Shown: positions 1-10,460 of the stretch, piece by piece
Layout of the letters: each line of letters opens with the position of its first letter
Numbering within the stretch: the first letter of the stretch is position 1
Assembly (NCBI GenBank): GCA_016290135.1
Contig: JAEESW010000004.1
Span: 40,066-104,065 of the forward strand
DNA from: a bacterium
Lineage (GTDB): Bacteria; UBP6; UBA1177
DNA length: 64,000 nucleotides
Direction of reading: 5' to 3'
Program-made: the position numbers and the translations under genes
The notes under the pieces: model-generated
What the model was told of the DNA's origin: nothing
Databases searched by the model: none
Seen by the model: the letters and a program-made list of their open reading frames with translations, nothing else

Positions 1-2
1 AA

Positions 3-536
3 AGACTTCTTGGAAAATCCTTCGCGGCCGGTCTTATCGACGAAAAAATTTATGAAATCGAAAAGGCGAAATGTGAGCGGGTTCAGAACCTGATTTCTGA
101 AATAAACGCTTTCCCAGTTTACCCGACAGCCGAAATAAACAAAAAACTGGAAGAAGCAGGGGAGTCGCCTCTTTCAAAAGCCGGAAACCTTGCGACTTTG
201 CTTCGCAGACCTTGCGTCTCGCGCTCTCAGATAGAGGCTGTCACGGGATTTGTTTCACGTGAAACATCTGAGATCTGGGACAGGGCGGAAGTCGAAATAA
301 AATACTCATCCTTCATCGAAAGGGAAAAAGAGGAGATCAAAAAATTTGAAGGCCTCGCATCGATCGCTATCCCGGAAATTTTCGATTTCAGCAACTTGAG
401 CGGTCTCACGAACGAAGTTAAGCAGAAACTGACGAAACAAAAACCTGCCAATCTGGCAGAGGCTTCGTCGATCCCGGGAATAACTCCGGCGGCGATCTCA
501 ATTTTGATAATGCATTTGAAAAAAGGCCATGAATAG
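3..536 (+). CDS. mnmG: tRNA uridine-5-carboxymethylaminomethyl(34) synthesis enzyme MnmG, 3' part (truncated by window edge)
   Basis: Open frame from base 3. GidA C-terminal motifs (EIKY..FI.RE, LSGLTNEV.QKL...KP.NLAEAS.IPGITPAAI). Directly upstream of rsmG. Confidence 0.95.
   Translation, partial: RLLGKSFAAGLIDEKIYEIEKAKCERVQNLISEINAFPVYPTAEINKKLEEAGESPLSKAGNLATLLRRPCVSRSQIEAVTGFVSRETSEIWDRAEVEIKYSSFIEREKEEIKKFEGLASIAIPEIFDFSNLSGLTNEVKQKLTKQKPANLAEASSIPGITPAAISILIMHLKKGHE
251..266. promoter_or_regulatory. parS site (perfect), inside mnmG
   Basis: TGTTTCACGTGAAACA is the canonical ParB-binding palindrome; it encodes VSRET. Confidence 0.9.
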
Positions 537-1167
537 AGATAAAAACGGAAATGTTTCACGTGAAACATTACATCAGATATTGACAAAAAACCTTGAAAAA
601 TACGGCATTTGCGTCACTGAAGAGATGGCAGAAAGATGCTTTTTGTTCTGGGACAGACTCGTTTTCTGGAACAAGACCCACAACCTGACGACAGTGACCG
701 ATTTTCACGAAGCGGCGCTTCTGCATTTTGTCGACTCGTTCTTTCCGGCAAGTGAAAAAAGCGTCTTTTTTGACGGAGCGAAAGTCCTCGATCTCGGAAC
801 GGGCGGCGGATTTCCGGGGATTCCTCTCGCGCTTTACTTTCCGAAAGCGGACTTCAAACTTTTAGACAAAAGCAGGAAGAAGATCTCATTCATAAACCTG
901 ACGGCGGCAGAACTCGGAATAGTAAACGCCGAAGGGATCAACCAGAACTTTTTCGAGATCACGGAACTTTACGATGTCGTCGTTTCAAGAGCGGTAAGAA
1001 TCGATGACGAAATTTTTGAACACTGCAGAAAAATCATAAACCCGAACGGCCGTCTTGTCGTTTTCTACTCCTCGCAACAGGAACCGTTTCAGAACAAATC
1101 GCTTGAATACACAAAGTCTTATGATTTTGAAAAAGGGGAAAGGATTGTCGCGTTTTACAGGTTTTAA
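529..1167 (+). CDS. rsmG: 16S rRNA m7G527 methyltransferase RsmG/GidB
   Basis: WNKTHNLT, HFVDS, LDLGTGGGFPGIPLA and VSRAV motifs; follows mnmG. Confidence 0.95.
   Translation: MNRDKNGNVSRETLHQILTKNLEKYGICVTEEMAERCFLFWDRLVFWNKTHNLTTVTDFHEAALLHFVDSFFPASEKSVFFDGAKVLDLGTGGGFPGIPLALYFPKADFKLLDKSRKKISFINLTAAELGIVNAEGINQNFFEITELYDVVVSRAVRIDDEIFEHCRKIINPNGRLVVFYSSQQEPFQNKSLEYTKSYDFEKGERIVAFYRF
552..567. promoter_or_regulatory. parS site (perfect), inside rsmG 5' end
   Basis: TGTTTCACGTGAAACA, extending to a 20-bp palindrome at 550-569. Confidence 0.9.
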
Positions 1168-1189
1168 TTTTGAAAACTAATTTGAAATT

Positions 1190-2011
1190 TTAATAGCAAC
1201 GCAGGTCTTTACCCGACCAGAAACATTCAACATCGGGAACTTCTTCTTCACCTATCTCTATCGGAGCAATCGCCATTCTTTCGGTTTCTTTTCCGTCATC
1301 GTCCGTGTCAATCCATACAACAGTGGCTTCACCTTTTCCCAACTTTAAATCAGCTGTAAAATAGGCCGTTCCGTCATATCTGTAACCCTTTACAAAATCG
1401 CCGCCGTCTTTGTCCGCTCCGACATAGACGATCGGGAATTGAACATCGTTTGTCCAATAATAAACATCTGCACATGGCGCTGTGCAATCGGATTCAGGAA
1501 CAATACTGTAAATCTCGCATCCGGCCCTCCTTCCGAAATAAAAATAGTCAAGAAGAAAAACAGGGCATTTGCGCCATTCATCTTCAACCGGATAGTAACA
1601 TCTTTTAAACGGAGCATCTTCCACTAAATATAAAAAGCGAACTTCCAGATTTTCTATCTCGGAAAAATGTTTTCTTGCACTTTCTTCGCTTTCCTGCCAT
1701 GAACATCCGGGATGAAGAGCTTCGGTCATGCGCTCTATACATGAATCAGAAATGGTTTCTCTTGTAAAATTCACACCGTATCTTTCGGAAACTATGCATT
1801 TTTCATCATCGGGTTTTTCAGCAAAAACATCATCATTTTCTTCAACTTCTTCTCCCGATACTGGATCTTCGTCGTTTTCTCCAACTTCTTCTTCCGATGC
1901 TGGATCTTCGTCACTTTTTTCAACAGTTTTTTCGTTACCGCCCTTTCCGCCGCCGCAGGATATCAGAACGAGCAGACTTAAACAAACTAAAAAAATAAAA
2001 AACTTTTTCAT
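1190..2011 (-). CDS. Hypothetical Cys-rich lipoprotein with acidic linker
   Basis: MKK plus hydrophobic stretch and lipobox LISC; GGAGG RBS before ATG at 2011; acidic 13-aa repeat. Confidence 0.75.
   Translation of the reverse strand: MKKFFIFLVCLSLLVLISCGGGKGGNEKTVEKSDEDPASEEEVGENDEDPVSGEEVEENDDVFAEKPDDEKCIVSERYGVNFTRETISDSCIERMTEALHPGCSWQESEESARKHFSEIENLEVRFLYLVEDAPFKRCYYPVEDEWRKCPVFLLDYFYFGRRAGCEIYSIVPESDCTAPCADVYYWTNDVQFPIVYVGADKDGGDFVKGYRYDGTAYFTADLKLGKGEATVVWIDTDDDGKETERMAIAPIEIGEEEVPDVECFWSGKDLRCY
1833..1910. repeat. 2 x 39-bp coding tandem repeat in lipoprotein linker
   Basis: Encodes EDPASEEEVGEND / EDPVSGEEVEEND. Confidence 0.85.
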
Positions 2012-2130
2012 TTCAGCCTCCATTCAAAAAACAGACTTATTATCTTCCGCAACCGCAAATTTGCAAAATAATTTATTATTATTAAACTCTTGCGGTTTTT
2101 GGGTTTTTTAACTTTTTTTTGGAGGATAAA

Positions 2131-3423
2131 ATGTTGAATCTGAAGTACATCCCGAGTGTTGACCCGGAAGTTGCAGCCATCATCGAGAAAGAGGCTGAGA
2201 GACAGGAAGGCGGTCTTGAGCTTATCGCCAGCGAAAACTTTACGAGCAATGCTGTTATGGAAGCCCAGGGCTCGCTGCTTACGAACAAATATGCCGAAGG
2301 TTATCCGAAAAAGAGATACTACGGCGGCTGCGAAGTTGTTGACCAGGTCGAAAAACTTGCGAAAGAGAGAGCTTGCGAACTTTTCGGCGCAGAATGTGCG
2401 AACGTTCAGCCCCACAGCGGCTCCCAGGCAAATATGAGCGTTTACTTCACCGTCTGCAAACCGGGTGACACTGTTCTCGCGATGAACCTTAACCACGGCG
2501 GCCACCTCACTCACGGCAGTCCTGTAAACTTCTCCGGAAAACTTTACAATATCGTTCCTTACGGCGTTGCGAAGGAAACCGGCAGGATCGACTACGACGA
2601 AATGGAAAGACTCGCTGTCGAAAACAAGCCGAGAATGATCCTTGCAGGCGCATCTGCTTACCCGAGAATCATCGACTTCAAAAGGATCCGTGAAATATGC
2701 GACAAAGTCGGCGCGATCATGTGGGTCGATATGGCTCATATCGCCGGCCTCGTTGCTGCAGGACTTCATCCGAGTCCTGTTCCTTACTGCGATTTCGTAA
2801 CTTCTACGACTCACAAAACCCTCAGAGGCCCGAGAAGCGGTCTTGTTCTTGCGAAGAAAGAATACGAAAAAGACCTCAACTCAGCTGTTTTCCCCGGAAT
2901 GCAAGGCGGCCCGCTCATGCACGTCATCGCTGCAAAGGCTGTATGCTTCAAGGAAGCGCTTGACCCGAGCTTCAAAGTCTACATGACTCAGGTCGTCAAA
3001 AACGCAGCTGCAATGGCTGACGAATTCAACAAAATGGGCTACAACCTTGTTTCGGGCGGCACTGACAACCACCTTATGCTCATCGACCTCAGAAACAAAG
3101 GCAAAACCGGCAAAATCGTCGAGAAAGCTCTTGACAAGGCTCACATCACCGTTAACAAGAACATGGTTCCGTTCGACGATCAGTCACCTTTCATCACGAG
3201 CGGTATCCGTGTAGGAACTCCTTTCCTCACCACAAGAGGTCTCAATGAAGACGATGTCCGCCACGTTGCAAGACTTATGGACAAAGTCATCATGAACATC
3301 AAGAGCAACGAGTTCAACCCGAAAATCGGTATTGACGACAGCATCATCGACAACAAAGTTATCGAAGAAGTCCATGCTGAAGTCGTAGAACTCTGCAAAA
3401 AATACCCGCTCATCAACAGATAG
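2131..3423 (+). CDS. glyA: Serine hydroxymethyltransferase
   Basis: [21 protein letters not shown] and [10 protein letters not shown] (PLP lysine); GGAGG RBS before ATG 2131. Confidence 0.98.
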   Translation: MLNLKYIPSVDPEVAAIIEKEAERQEGGLELIASENFTSNAVMEAQGSLLTNKYAEGYPKKRYYGGCEVVDQVEKLAKERACELFGAECANVQPHSGSQANMSVYFTVCKPGDTVLAMNLNHGGHLTHGSPVNFSGKLYNIVPYGVAKETGRIDYDEMERLAVENKPRMILAGASAYPRIIDFKRIREICDKVGAIMWVDMAHIAGLVAAGLHPSPVPYCDFVTSTTHKTLRGPRSGLVLAKKEYEKDLNSAVFPGMQGGPLMHVIAAKAVCFKEALDPSFKVYMTQVVKNAAAMADEFNKMGYNLVSGGTDNHLMLIDLRNKGKTGKIVEKALDKAHITVNKNMVPFDDQSPFITSGIRVGTPFLTTRGLNEDDVRHVARLMDKVIMNIKSNEFNPKIGIDDSIIDNKVIEEVHAEVVELCKKYPLINR

Positions 3424-3455
3424 TCCTTTTTCATAAATTTTTTCAGAGTATCAAA

Positions 3456-3914
3456 ATGAGATGTCCATACTGCGGTTCCATTAAGGACAAAGTTATTGAT
3501 TCACGTTCCACCAAAGACGACTGCGAGATCAGAAGAAGACGCGAGTGCGAAGACTGCGGAGGAAGATTCACGACTTACGAACGGATCGAAGAGATCATGC
3601 CTGTCGTAAAAAAGAAAAACGGCGAGCGTGAACCCTACGACCGCAACAAGATCAGAAAAGGGCTCATGATCTCGTGCCAGAAGCGCCCTGTCTCAGCCGA
3701 AATGATCGATATGATGATCGACAAGATCGAAAAGGAACTTCAGGCTTACGAGAAAAAAGAGGTCGAAACGAGTTTCATCGGCGACCTCGTCATGGACGCC
3801 CTGAAAGAAGTCGACAAAGTCGCTTTCATCCGCTTCGCATCAGTCTATAAAGAGTTCGTCGATCCCAAAGACTTCATCGCCAAAGCTAACGAAGTAGGTG
3901 AAGAAAAGAAATAA
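3456..3914 (+). CDS. nrdR: Transcriptional repressor NrdR
   Basis: MRCPYC..KVIDSR, RRRREC..CG.RFTTYER, ATP cone, RFASVY; common glyA-nrdR order. Confidence 0.97.
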   Translation: MRCPYCGSIKDKVIDSRSTKDDCEIRRRRECEDCGGRFTTYERIEEIMPVVKKKNGEREPYDRNKIRKGLMISCQKRPVSAEMIDMMIDKIEKELQAYEKKEVETSFIGDLVMDALKEVDKVAFIRFASVYKEFVDPKDFIAKANEVGEEKK

Positions 3915-4054
3915 TTTTTTTCTTTTGCGTGCCGAAAAACCGTTTAAACTCTGTTTTTTCCGAAAAAAATCCGTATAATCACCCGATTTTTGATTTTTCC
4001 TTTATTCCTCCGTCATATCGGAGAGGATCAGGGTAAGGTTTTTATTGGGAGGTG

Positions 4055-5020
4055 ATGATGAAAAAATTCCTTTTGTTTACGCTGCTTTTTGTTGTTTTTC
4101 TCTTTTTAAACTCGTGTATCGCTATGAAAGACGATGTTGACATGGCGAAATCGGAGCTTCGCGCAGAGACGACCGCAAAAATGAAGATTCTTGAAGAGAA
4201 CGTGACAAAAAATGTGACTCAGTCTCTCAAGGAAGAAGTTGAAAAGCTCAATGCCCGTCTCGACGAGATAGAAAAAACGCAGCAGACTGAAAAACAGATG
4301 CAGAAAAACAAGATCGATCTTTCCTTCAACAACCTTGAAGAGCTGCGCGAGACCATCAAGGAGCTCAATCAGCGGATCGACAATGTCGATATGACGGCGC
4401 AAAAAAACTCGCTTTTCTCGGAACAGATAAGCGCTCTCGAGAAAAAGATCGCCGAAAACGAAGCAGAACTCGCCCTGCTGAAAGAAAACCTCAACTCGCA
4501 GATAGAGAACCTCAAGCCTGTCGATAAATTCACTGTGACGAAAGACGGGGCTATAAGGCTTCCCGACAGCGAATCAAAAAGCTACAACCAGCTCGTAGAA
4601 TACACAAAAAGCGGGAACTGCGACCCGGCGATCGCGAGGAAAGCTTGGGAGACTTACGCCGACAAATGGTCGGAAAGCAGAAAATGCGACGTCGATTTCT
4701 GGATCGGCGAGACATACTACATGGAAAAAAGCTACAACAAGGCCATAGAAACGCTGCAGCCAATCGAAAAGACCTATCCCGGATGTCCGAAAATCGAAAG
4801 AAGCTATCTTCATATCGCGTTTTCTCTTTATCACATCGGCAAAGTAGATGTTGCAAATGCCATTCTGGAAAGCATGAAGCAAAAATTCCCGAAACCGGCG
4901 TTTCCCGATGAAGTCAAAGAGCTCGAAAAACTCATAAACTCAAAGATGCCTAAAAAAGCTGCTCCGGCAAAGACACCTGCCAAACAGCAGACAAAAACTC
5001 CCTCAAAAACGAAAAAGTAA
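4055..5020 (+). CDS. Lipoprotein with coiled coil and TPR domain (CpoB/YbgF-like)
   Basis: Lipobox LNSC, long coiled coil, FWIGETYY..K.Y.KAI TPR motif, basic tail. Confidence 0.65.
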   Translation: MMKKFLLFTLLFVVFLFLNSCIAMKDDVDMAKSELRAETTAKMKILEENVTKNVTQSLKEEVEKLNARLDEIEKTQQTEKQMQKNKIDLSFNNLEELRETIKELNQRIDNVDMTAQKNSLFSEQISALEKKIAENEAELALLKENLNSQIENLKPVDKFTVTKDGAIRLPDSESKSYNQLVEYTKSGNCDPAIARKAWETYADKWSESRKCDVDFWIGETYYMEKSYNKAIETLQPIEKTYPGCPKIERSYLHIAFSLYHIGKVDVANAILESMKQKFPKPAFPDEVKELEKLINSKMPKKAAPAKTPAKQQTKTPSKTKK

Positions 5021-5070
5021 TTCTAAAATCTTATTTCTGGCAGGATCCTTTAGAAAAAAGGCAAAAAAAA

Positions 5071-5146
5071 TGGCTCCTCGTGACGGACTTGAACCGCCGA
5101 CCTAGTGGTTAACAGCCACCCGCTCTACCGACTGAGCTAACGAGGA
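5071..5146 (-). tRNA. tRNA-Asn(GTT)
   Basis: Minus-strand cloverleaf TCCTCGT..GCTCAGTCGGTAGAGC..GGTGG-CT-GTT-AA-CCACT..TTCAAGT..ACGAGGA-GCCA; 76 nt with encoded CCA. Confidence 0.97.
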
Positions 5147-5189
5147 ACCTTAAAAAAAGTATCGAATGTAACGAACTCAAACGGGCGGG

Positions 5190-5217
5190 AGTATACCCTT
5201 GGAAAGGCAATAGTCAA
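5190..5217 (-). promoter_or_regulatory. Putative sigma70 promoter of tRNA-Asn
   Basis: TTGACT-16-TATACT followed by a GC-rich discriminator (CCCGCCCG). Confidence 0.6.
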
Positions 5218-5313
5218 ATAAAATCTTCCATTTTTTTGCGATACATTGATTTTTATCAATAAAAACAAGTAATTACATTTGCAAAAGTCGCGTTTTCAAC
5301 AAAAATGAAGGGC

Positions 5314-5339
5314 AAAAAAAATCCCCCGTTTCCGGGGGA
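5314..5339 (-). terminator. Rho-independent terminator
   Basis: TCCCCCG-GAAA-CGGGGGA followed by a T run, downstream of the small minus-strand ORF. Confidence 0.8.
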
Positions 5340-5383
5340 CGCCGTTTGAGTATTACAACATAACCTAAGGGGGGACTAAATCA

Positions 5384-5644
5384 TCAGCTTACTTTAGCTG
5401 TTTTTTTGTGGTCTTTGAAAACCATCGGGATAAATTTGGCCGATTCTACCGTTTCTGCGATAAAGTGCATGAAATCGCTCGTCGGTTCTGTCTGCCAGAT
5501 CTTTCCGCATTCGGAACATCTGAAAACGCGTCTTTTTCCGTCGAAGAAGACCGCATCGTGATAGTTCCCGTTGTTTGCTTCATATATACTTTTTCTTATT
5601 TCGAGCGATTCTCCGCCGCCGCAGCATTCACATTTCAAACTCAT
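5384..5644 (-). CDS. Small hypothetical Zn-ribbon protein
   Basis: CECC and CSEC cysteine pairs; GGAGG RBS; followed by a terminator. Confidence 0.6.
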   Translation of the reverse strand: MSLKCECCGGGESLEIRKSIYEANNGNYHDAVFFDGKRRVFRCSECGKIWQTEPTSDFMHFIAETVESAKFIPMVFKDHKKTAKVS

Positions 5645-5867
5645 TCTTGCCTCCAAAAATCAAAAAACACGCTTATTTAGTTGCATCAGGTGCCGATTTT
5701 TCTGACTCCAAAAGGAACTTTTTTTGAAAAAAGTTGATAAGTGCTGATTTTTATTGGTGATTTTTTGTGCATTTTTTTAGGCGGAAAAACTTAAAAGAGA
5801 CCTTTCTTGACTTTTTCCCCAGTGATTATAGCGTTTCGCGTTTAATTTTTATGTTCCGGAGTGAAAG

Positions 5868-8120
5868 ATGATAAAGTTCATAAAAAACAAAATCGGTAAT
5901 GATTTAAATACCTTTTCCGATGTCAGAAGCGGTTCTCTCAACAGTCTCGACAAGTTTCTGATCATTCTCACGGTCGTTCTGTGCGCTCTGCTCTATATAC
6001 CGATGCTCGGCAACTTTTTCATGATAGATCCGTGGGAAAACCACTATTCGCATGTTGCCTGGGAAACGCTTGAAAACAACTCTTTCGCAAAACTCTGGTT
6101 CCAGCATTCAAACAAATTCTGGTCAAAACCTCCGCTTCTTTTCTGGATGCTGATGCCTTTTTACAAATTCAATATTTCAGAATTTTCAGGAAGGCTGCCG
6201 ATCGTCCTGTTCTCGATACTCACTTTAGTCGGTTTCTATATCCTTCTGACGCGCCTTATCTCGCGAAGATCGGCAATAATCTCAACATTTGTGCTTATGC
6301 TTTCTCCTCAGTATTTCATGCTTTCGCGCCAGATCATGGTAGATCTTCCGTTTGTCGCACTCAACACTGTCGCGATACTCTGCATGGCGGTTTATTACTT
6401 CGGAAGTATTGATAAAGACGAAAAAATATTCAGAAAGATTCCGCGCGGCGACTTTTATCTTTACCTTTTTTACTTTTTTGAAGGCTGGGCTTTCCTTGCA
6501 AAAGGGCTCCTTTCTATACTTATTCCCGGCATCACACTTTTTATTTTCATGGTATTTTCGCGCAATTTCCGCTGGTTTTTTGCGTGGGAACACCTCAAAA
6601 AGCATCTTATCGGCATGGTCATCTATCTCGCTGTCGTAATGCCGTGGTTCGGTTATATGTGGATAAGCGAAGGAAAAAGTTTCTTCGACACTTTCATTAT
6701 CTACCACCATTTCAAAAGAACTACCGGTGAGATCCACAAACCGAATGATCTCTATACGCTTTATGTAAGGATCTTAGGCTATGCGATGTTTCCGTGGAGT
6801 GCTTTTCTTCCGGCCGCTCTTTACAATTTTCTTACAAAAAAAGAGGAAAATACTGAAAAGATCAAAAAACTTTTCTTTTTCAGCTCGTTCATAGGGCCTT
6901 TCCTTTTCTTCTCTTTCTCATCAACTAAATTTTATCACTATATTGCTCCGGTAGTTCCTTTTCTCGCAATATTTTTAGGTATTTACATTGATAAATTGTG
7001 GAGCGTGCGCTGGACTCTCGCAGCAAAAGCTGAAGCGATCATCTCAATATTTTTAGTTGCAGCGATAGGCCGCGACATTGGTGACAAACATACTCTTTTC
7101 CTTCACCTCGTAACATTCTACAACACGAGAAAAGTTCCCGTTCCGGCTTCATGGGAACCTACTATAATTTCTGTTTTCGCTGTTTTCTGCTTCATCATTT
7201 TCCTAATGATTTTAAACAGGAATGCACAGAAAAAAGGTTTTTTCCTTCTTTTCGCGCTTAGCGCCGGATTCATGACATACTACTTTGCCGAGCCGCTTCC
7301 CGAGATCTCGAAATACTACTCTCTGAAGCCTCATGTCGATGCTTATCTCAAAGACAGTCCTGAAAGAGCTCCGATAGCCGATTACTACAAATGGTTAAGA
7401 AAATCGGCAGGTTTCTGGCTTAAAAATGAAATAACCTTTCTGCAGACGGACAAAGAAAAGAACGTTATACGGTTTTTTGACAAACCCGGCGTCCAGTACG
7501 TTATACTCCGCGACAACGACAAAAAACGCTTTGAATCGTTGATGAAAAGGATAAACAAGAGAACTCTGACTGTCTACAGCGGCGCAAAAAACACCCTTAT
7601 GAAAGTTTATGGAAAAGGTCAGGAGCGCGATATATCAAGATCAAATGCCTATATTGTAAAGGAACTTCCTGAAAATCTGATAAAAACGAACATAATTTTT
7701 GACAATGTCATAAAACTCGAAGGTTTTGTAATAAAAAGTGCCAACATAACAAAGCGTGACGGAAAATACTTTGCAAAAGAAGGCTCAAATATAGATGTGG
7801 AGCTCTATTTCAGATCCATAGCTGACAAAATAAACAAGGATTACGATGTTTTCCTGCACAACGAAGGCAACAATAAGGACAAAAGGACTAAAAGCGACGG
7901 AAATATGGCGAACGGCACTTATCCGACAGATTTCTGGAAAAAGGGAGAAATAGTCCGCCATCCGCTGAAGATAAAAATACCTGAAGGTTCCAAGAATAAC
8001 TATTATACGGCTTACACAGGGCTCTATCAGGAAGAATACAGAGCAAATGTCTCAAACAAGGAAGAAGTTGAGGAAAGTGACAACAGAGCTGAACTTTTAA
8101 AGATCTATCTCGACAGATAA
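5868..8120 (+). CDS. GT-C fold glycosyltransferase (ArnT/PMT family) with C-terminal soluble domain
   Basis: DPWE..Y, SKPPLLFW, F.GRLP, LAKG, YIAP motifs; many TM helices; C-terminal YPT.FW..GEIV domain. Confidence 0.85.
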   Translation: MIKFIKNKIGNDLNTFSDVRSGSLNSLDKFLIILTVVLCALLYIPMLGNFFMIDPWENHYSHVAWETLENNSFAKLWFQHSNKFWSKPPLLFWMLMPFYKFNISEFSGRLPIVLFSILTLVGFYILLTRLISRRSAIISTFVLMLSPQYFMLSRQIMVDLPFVALNTVAILCMAVYYFGSIDKDEKIFRKIPRGDFYLYLFYFFEGWAFLAKGLLSILIPGITLFIFMVFSRNFRWFFAWEHLKKHLIGMVIYLAVVMPWFGYMWISEGKSFFDTFIIYHHFKRTTGEIHKPNDLYTLYVRILGYAMFPWSAFLPAALYNFLTKKEENTEKIKKLFFFSSFIGPFLFFSFSSTKFYHYIAPVVPFLAIFLGIYIDKLWSVRWTLAAKAEAIISIFLVAAIGRDIGDKHTLFLHLVTFYNTRKVPVPASWEPTIISVFAVFCFIIFLMILNRNAQKKGFFLLFALSAGFMTYYFAEPLPEISKYYSLKPHVDAYLKDSPERAPIADYYKWLRKSAGFWLKNEITFLQTDKEKNVIRFFDKPGVQYVILRDNDKKRFESLMKRINKRTLTVYSGAKNTLMKVYGKGQERDISRSNAYIVKELPENLIKTNIIFDNVIKLEGFVIKSANITKRDGKYFAKEGSNIDVELYFRSIADKINKDYDVFLHNEGNNKDKRTKSDGNMANGTYPTDFWKKGEIVRHPLKIKIPEGSKNNYYTAYTGLYQEEYRANVSNKEEVEESDNRAELLKIYLDR

Positions 8121-9133
8121 AAAACTTCTATATCATTAAAATTATTAGTATTTTCTATAGAACTTGTCATCAGTATCTGGTTTTTCAAAGCCTCTGTCTC
8201 CTTAAAAAGAGTCTTTTTGGTATCATCGTCAACAAAGACAAAAATATCATCTATAAGAAATATAGGAAACTCATTTTTCTCGGCGTAAATGCTGAGTTCG
8301 GCAAGTTTTATGAGAAATGAAGTTATATAGGTTTCTCCCATTGAGATGTTGTTTTTAGCATTTCCTATTTCAGTGGTGATATTTATGTTGTCGAGATGCG
8401 GACCGTATATGGAAAAACCTTTTTCAAGCTCTTTTTCAAGCCTGCTTTCAAGTTTTTCAGCACAGTTTTCATCTGTGTTGTAAGTGAAGAAAACTTTCAT
8501 TCCTGAGAAGAGTTTTTCCAATAAAATAGAGACTTTTTTATTGATTGTTTCACATGAAACATTCCTCTTTTTCCTTATTCTGTCTATCAGCGGAGCTGCC
8601 GCAGCATTAAGATATTTCACTACTTCGGCATTCTTATCTTTAAGGGCAGCGTTCTTGTTTCTTATGAATCTTATATATTCGCTCATATCGTCAAAGTAGC
8701 TTTTATCTTCTGTAAAACATATTTTATCTATGAAATCCCTGCGGAATTTCGGACTTCCGGTCACTATGAACATGTCGTCAGGAGAATGGACTACAGGATA
8801 TGCTATACTCATAAGATCCTTTCTTGAAGAAACATTGCCGTCGATGATTATCTTTTTATTTCCCTTTCTGTCATAAGCTACAGATACTTTTCTGTCGTAA
8901 CCTTCAAAATCGTCAAAATCTGATTCAATGTAAAAATTCTGACTTTCTTTTGATATACATTCCTTTATGTCGAAAGTTTTAAAGGATCGTCCGCTCGAAA
9001 CGACAAAACAAGCTTCAAGGATGGAAGTTTTTCCAGAACCTGTTTTACCTTTTATGAGAAGTTTTTGTGGTAGATCCAGAGAAAAATCAGAGAGTGATCT
9101 GAAATTTGATATGAAAACTGAATTTATCTTCAT
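8105..9133 (-). CDS. recF: DNA replication/repair protein RecF (divergent)
   Basis: NFRSL, Walker A GKTGSGKTSILEA, G.SF.T, GSPK.RR.FID, GPH.D, PIFLIDD; directly after dnaN. Confidence 0.85.
   Translation of the reverse strand: MKINSVFISNFRSLSDFSLDLPQKLLIKGKTGSGKTSILEACFVVSSGRSFKTFDIKECISKESQNFYIESDFDDFEGYDRKVSVAYDRKGNKKIIIDGNVSSRKDLMSIAYPVVHSPDDMFIVTGSPKFRRDFIDKICFTEDKSYFDDMSEYIRFIRNKNAALKDKNAEVVKYLNAAAAPLIDRIRKKRNVSCETINKKVSILLEKLFSGMKVFFTYNTDENCAEKLESRLEKELEKGFSIYGPHLDNINITTEIGNAKNNISMGETYITSFLIKLAELSIYAEKNEFPIFLIDDIFVFVDDDTKKTLFKETEALKNQILMTSSIENTNNFNDIEVFYLSR
8546..8561. promoter_or_regulatory. parS-like site (1 mismatch), inside recF
   Basis: TGTTTCACATGAAACA. Confidence 0.7.
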
Positions 9134-9137
9134 AAAA

Positions 9138-10286
9138 TCAGATTCTGAGAGGCATTATCATGTGAACATAAAGATAATCGTCATTTTCTTCTTTTATAGT
9201 CATAGCTTTGTTTGCAGCTTCCTCAACTATGATATTCACATTGTTGTCATCTATTATACTTATAACTTCAATGAAGTATTTTGCATTGACTGCAACACCT
9301 CTTTCTGTAGAAAATCCTTTTTCAATGATTATCTCGTCTGAAGAATTTCCGCCTGAATTTGAATTTGCCGTCATTTTAAGGACATTCTCATTGAAAACAT
9401 ACTTTGAGGGCCATATTTTTTCTTCGGAATTAAGAACTATTACTCTTTTGATGGCTTCAATGAGCTCTTTTCTGTTTACAACTGCAAATTCCTTGTTGTT
9501 GAGAGTTTCATAGGTCCCTATTATAGGACGGTGCTTCGGAAATTCATTTTTGAAGAGTCTGGAAATAAATATAACATCATCTTTCTTTATAAAAATCTTT
9601 TCGTCATCTATAGCTACAAAAGCATCTTCAGTATCAGCAAAAATCTTAGCTATTTCAGTAAAATTCTTTCCTGGAATAACTATTCCCGTATCAAACTCAG
9701 TTATGTCAAGATCAAGATTTTTAAGCATAAGAACAGAAAGTCTGTGAATATCTGTCGTGACCATGTCAACAGTCTCTGTTCCGTCGTCGTTCTTTACTTT
9801 TATGATAAGAACGCCTGAATAAGCCTTGCTTATATAGTTGTCGCTCATAGAAAACTGAACTTTTTTATAGAAAGATATAAGTTTGTTTATCTTAACAGGC
9901 TTATATTCTTTTGAAGTGTCCGAAACAGCCGGAAAATCAGCTGAATCGAAGCAGGGAACTTTGTATTCCGACTTGTCAGCCTTAATATCGAGGACGTTTG
10001 AGGATTCATCATAATTAAAAACTATAACTTCTGCTCTTGAAAGACGGCATATATCGTGAATCGATCTTGCCGGAACGGCTATCTTTCCTTCAGGAACAGC
10101 ATCTTCAAGATGAACTTTTGCTATGACAGTGGTCTCAAGATTGGTGGCATTGAGAGTGCACTCTTTTTCACTGAAATTAAAAAGAATACTCGTAAGGATC
10201 ACCATCGGGTGTTTTTTCTCGATCGAAGAACTGCAGTAGTCGAGAGCCTTGAGAAGCTCGTCCTTTTTGAAGGTTAATTTAATCAT
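9138..10286 (-). CDS. dnaN: DNA polymerase III beta clamp
   Basis: ATNLE, DFP, TTDIHRLS, VIPGK, SRL..EFP, N.KY and MPLRI C-terminus; after dnaA. Confidence 0.93.
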   Translation of the reverse strand: MIKLTFKKDELLKALDYCSSSIEKKHPMVILTSILFNFSEKECTLNATNLETTVIAKVHLEDAVPEGKIAVPARSIHDICRLSRAEVIVFNYDESSNVLDIKADKSEYKVPCFDSADFPAVSDTSKEYKPVKINKLISFYKKVQFSMSDNYISKAYSGVLIIKVKNDDGTETVDMVTTDIHRLSVLMLKNLDLDITEFDTGIVIPGKNFTEIAKIFADTEDAFVAIDDEKIFIKKDDVIFISRLFKNEFPKHRPIIGTYETLNNKEFAVVNRKELIEAIKRVIVLNSEEKIWPSKYVFNENVLKMTANSNSGGNSSDEIIIEKGFSTERGVAVNAKYFIEVISIIDDNNVNIIVEEAANKAMTIKEENDDYLYVHMIMPLRI

Positions 10287-10460
10287 AATTTTCTCCTTAA
10301 ATTAAAAAACAATTATTATCAACCCTGTTATAATGTTTAATGTTCTGAAATAGTCAATAAAAACATGACTGTTACGCTGTTTTTCAGTGTTGAAAGAAAT
10401 GTTTGTTTTTTGTTGTTTTTTCATAGTTCTAAGTTTTCAACAGCAAATTTTCAACATTTG
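10287..10460. other. Probable replication origin (oriC) in dnaA-dnaN spacer
   Basis: AT-rich 174-bp spacer with DnaA-box variants TTATCAACC (10316), CTTTCAACA (rev, 10388), TTTTCAACA (10434, 10448); parS sites on both sides. Confidence 0.6.

Noticed and set aside
5071-5146. tRNA-Asn as an integration site for an island or prophage
   Set aside because: No integrase and no duplicated tRNA 3' end were seen in the window.
5678-5700. Possible sigma54 promoter (CGGCACCTGATGCA) for the small Zn-ribbon gene
   Set aside because: GG-to-GC spacing is 8, not the required 10.
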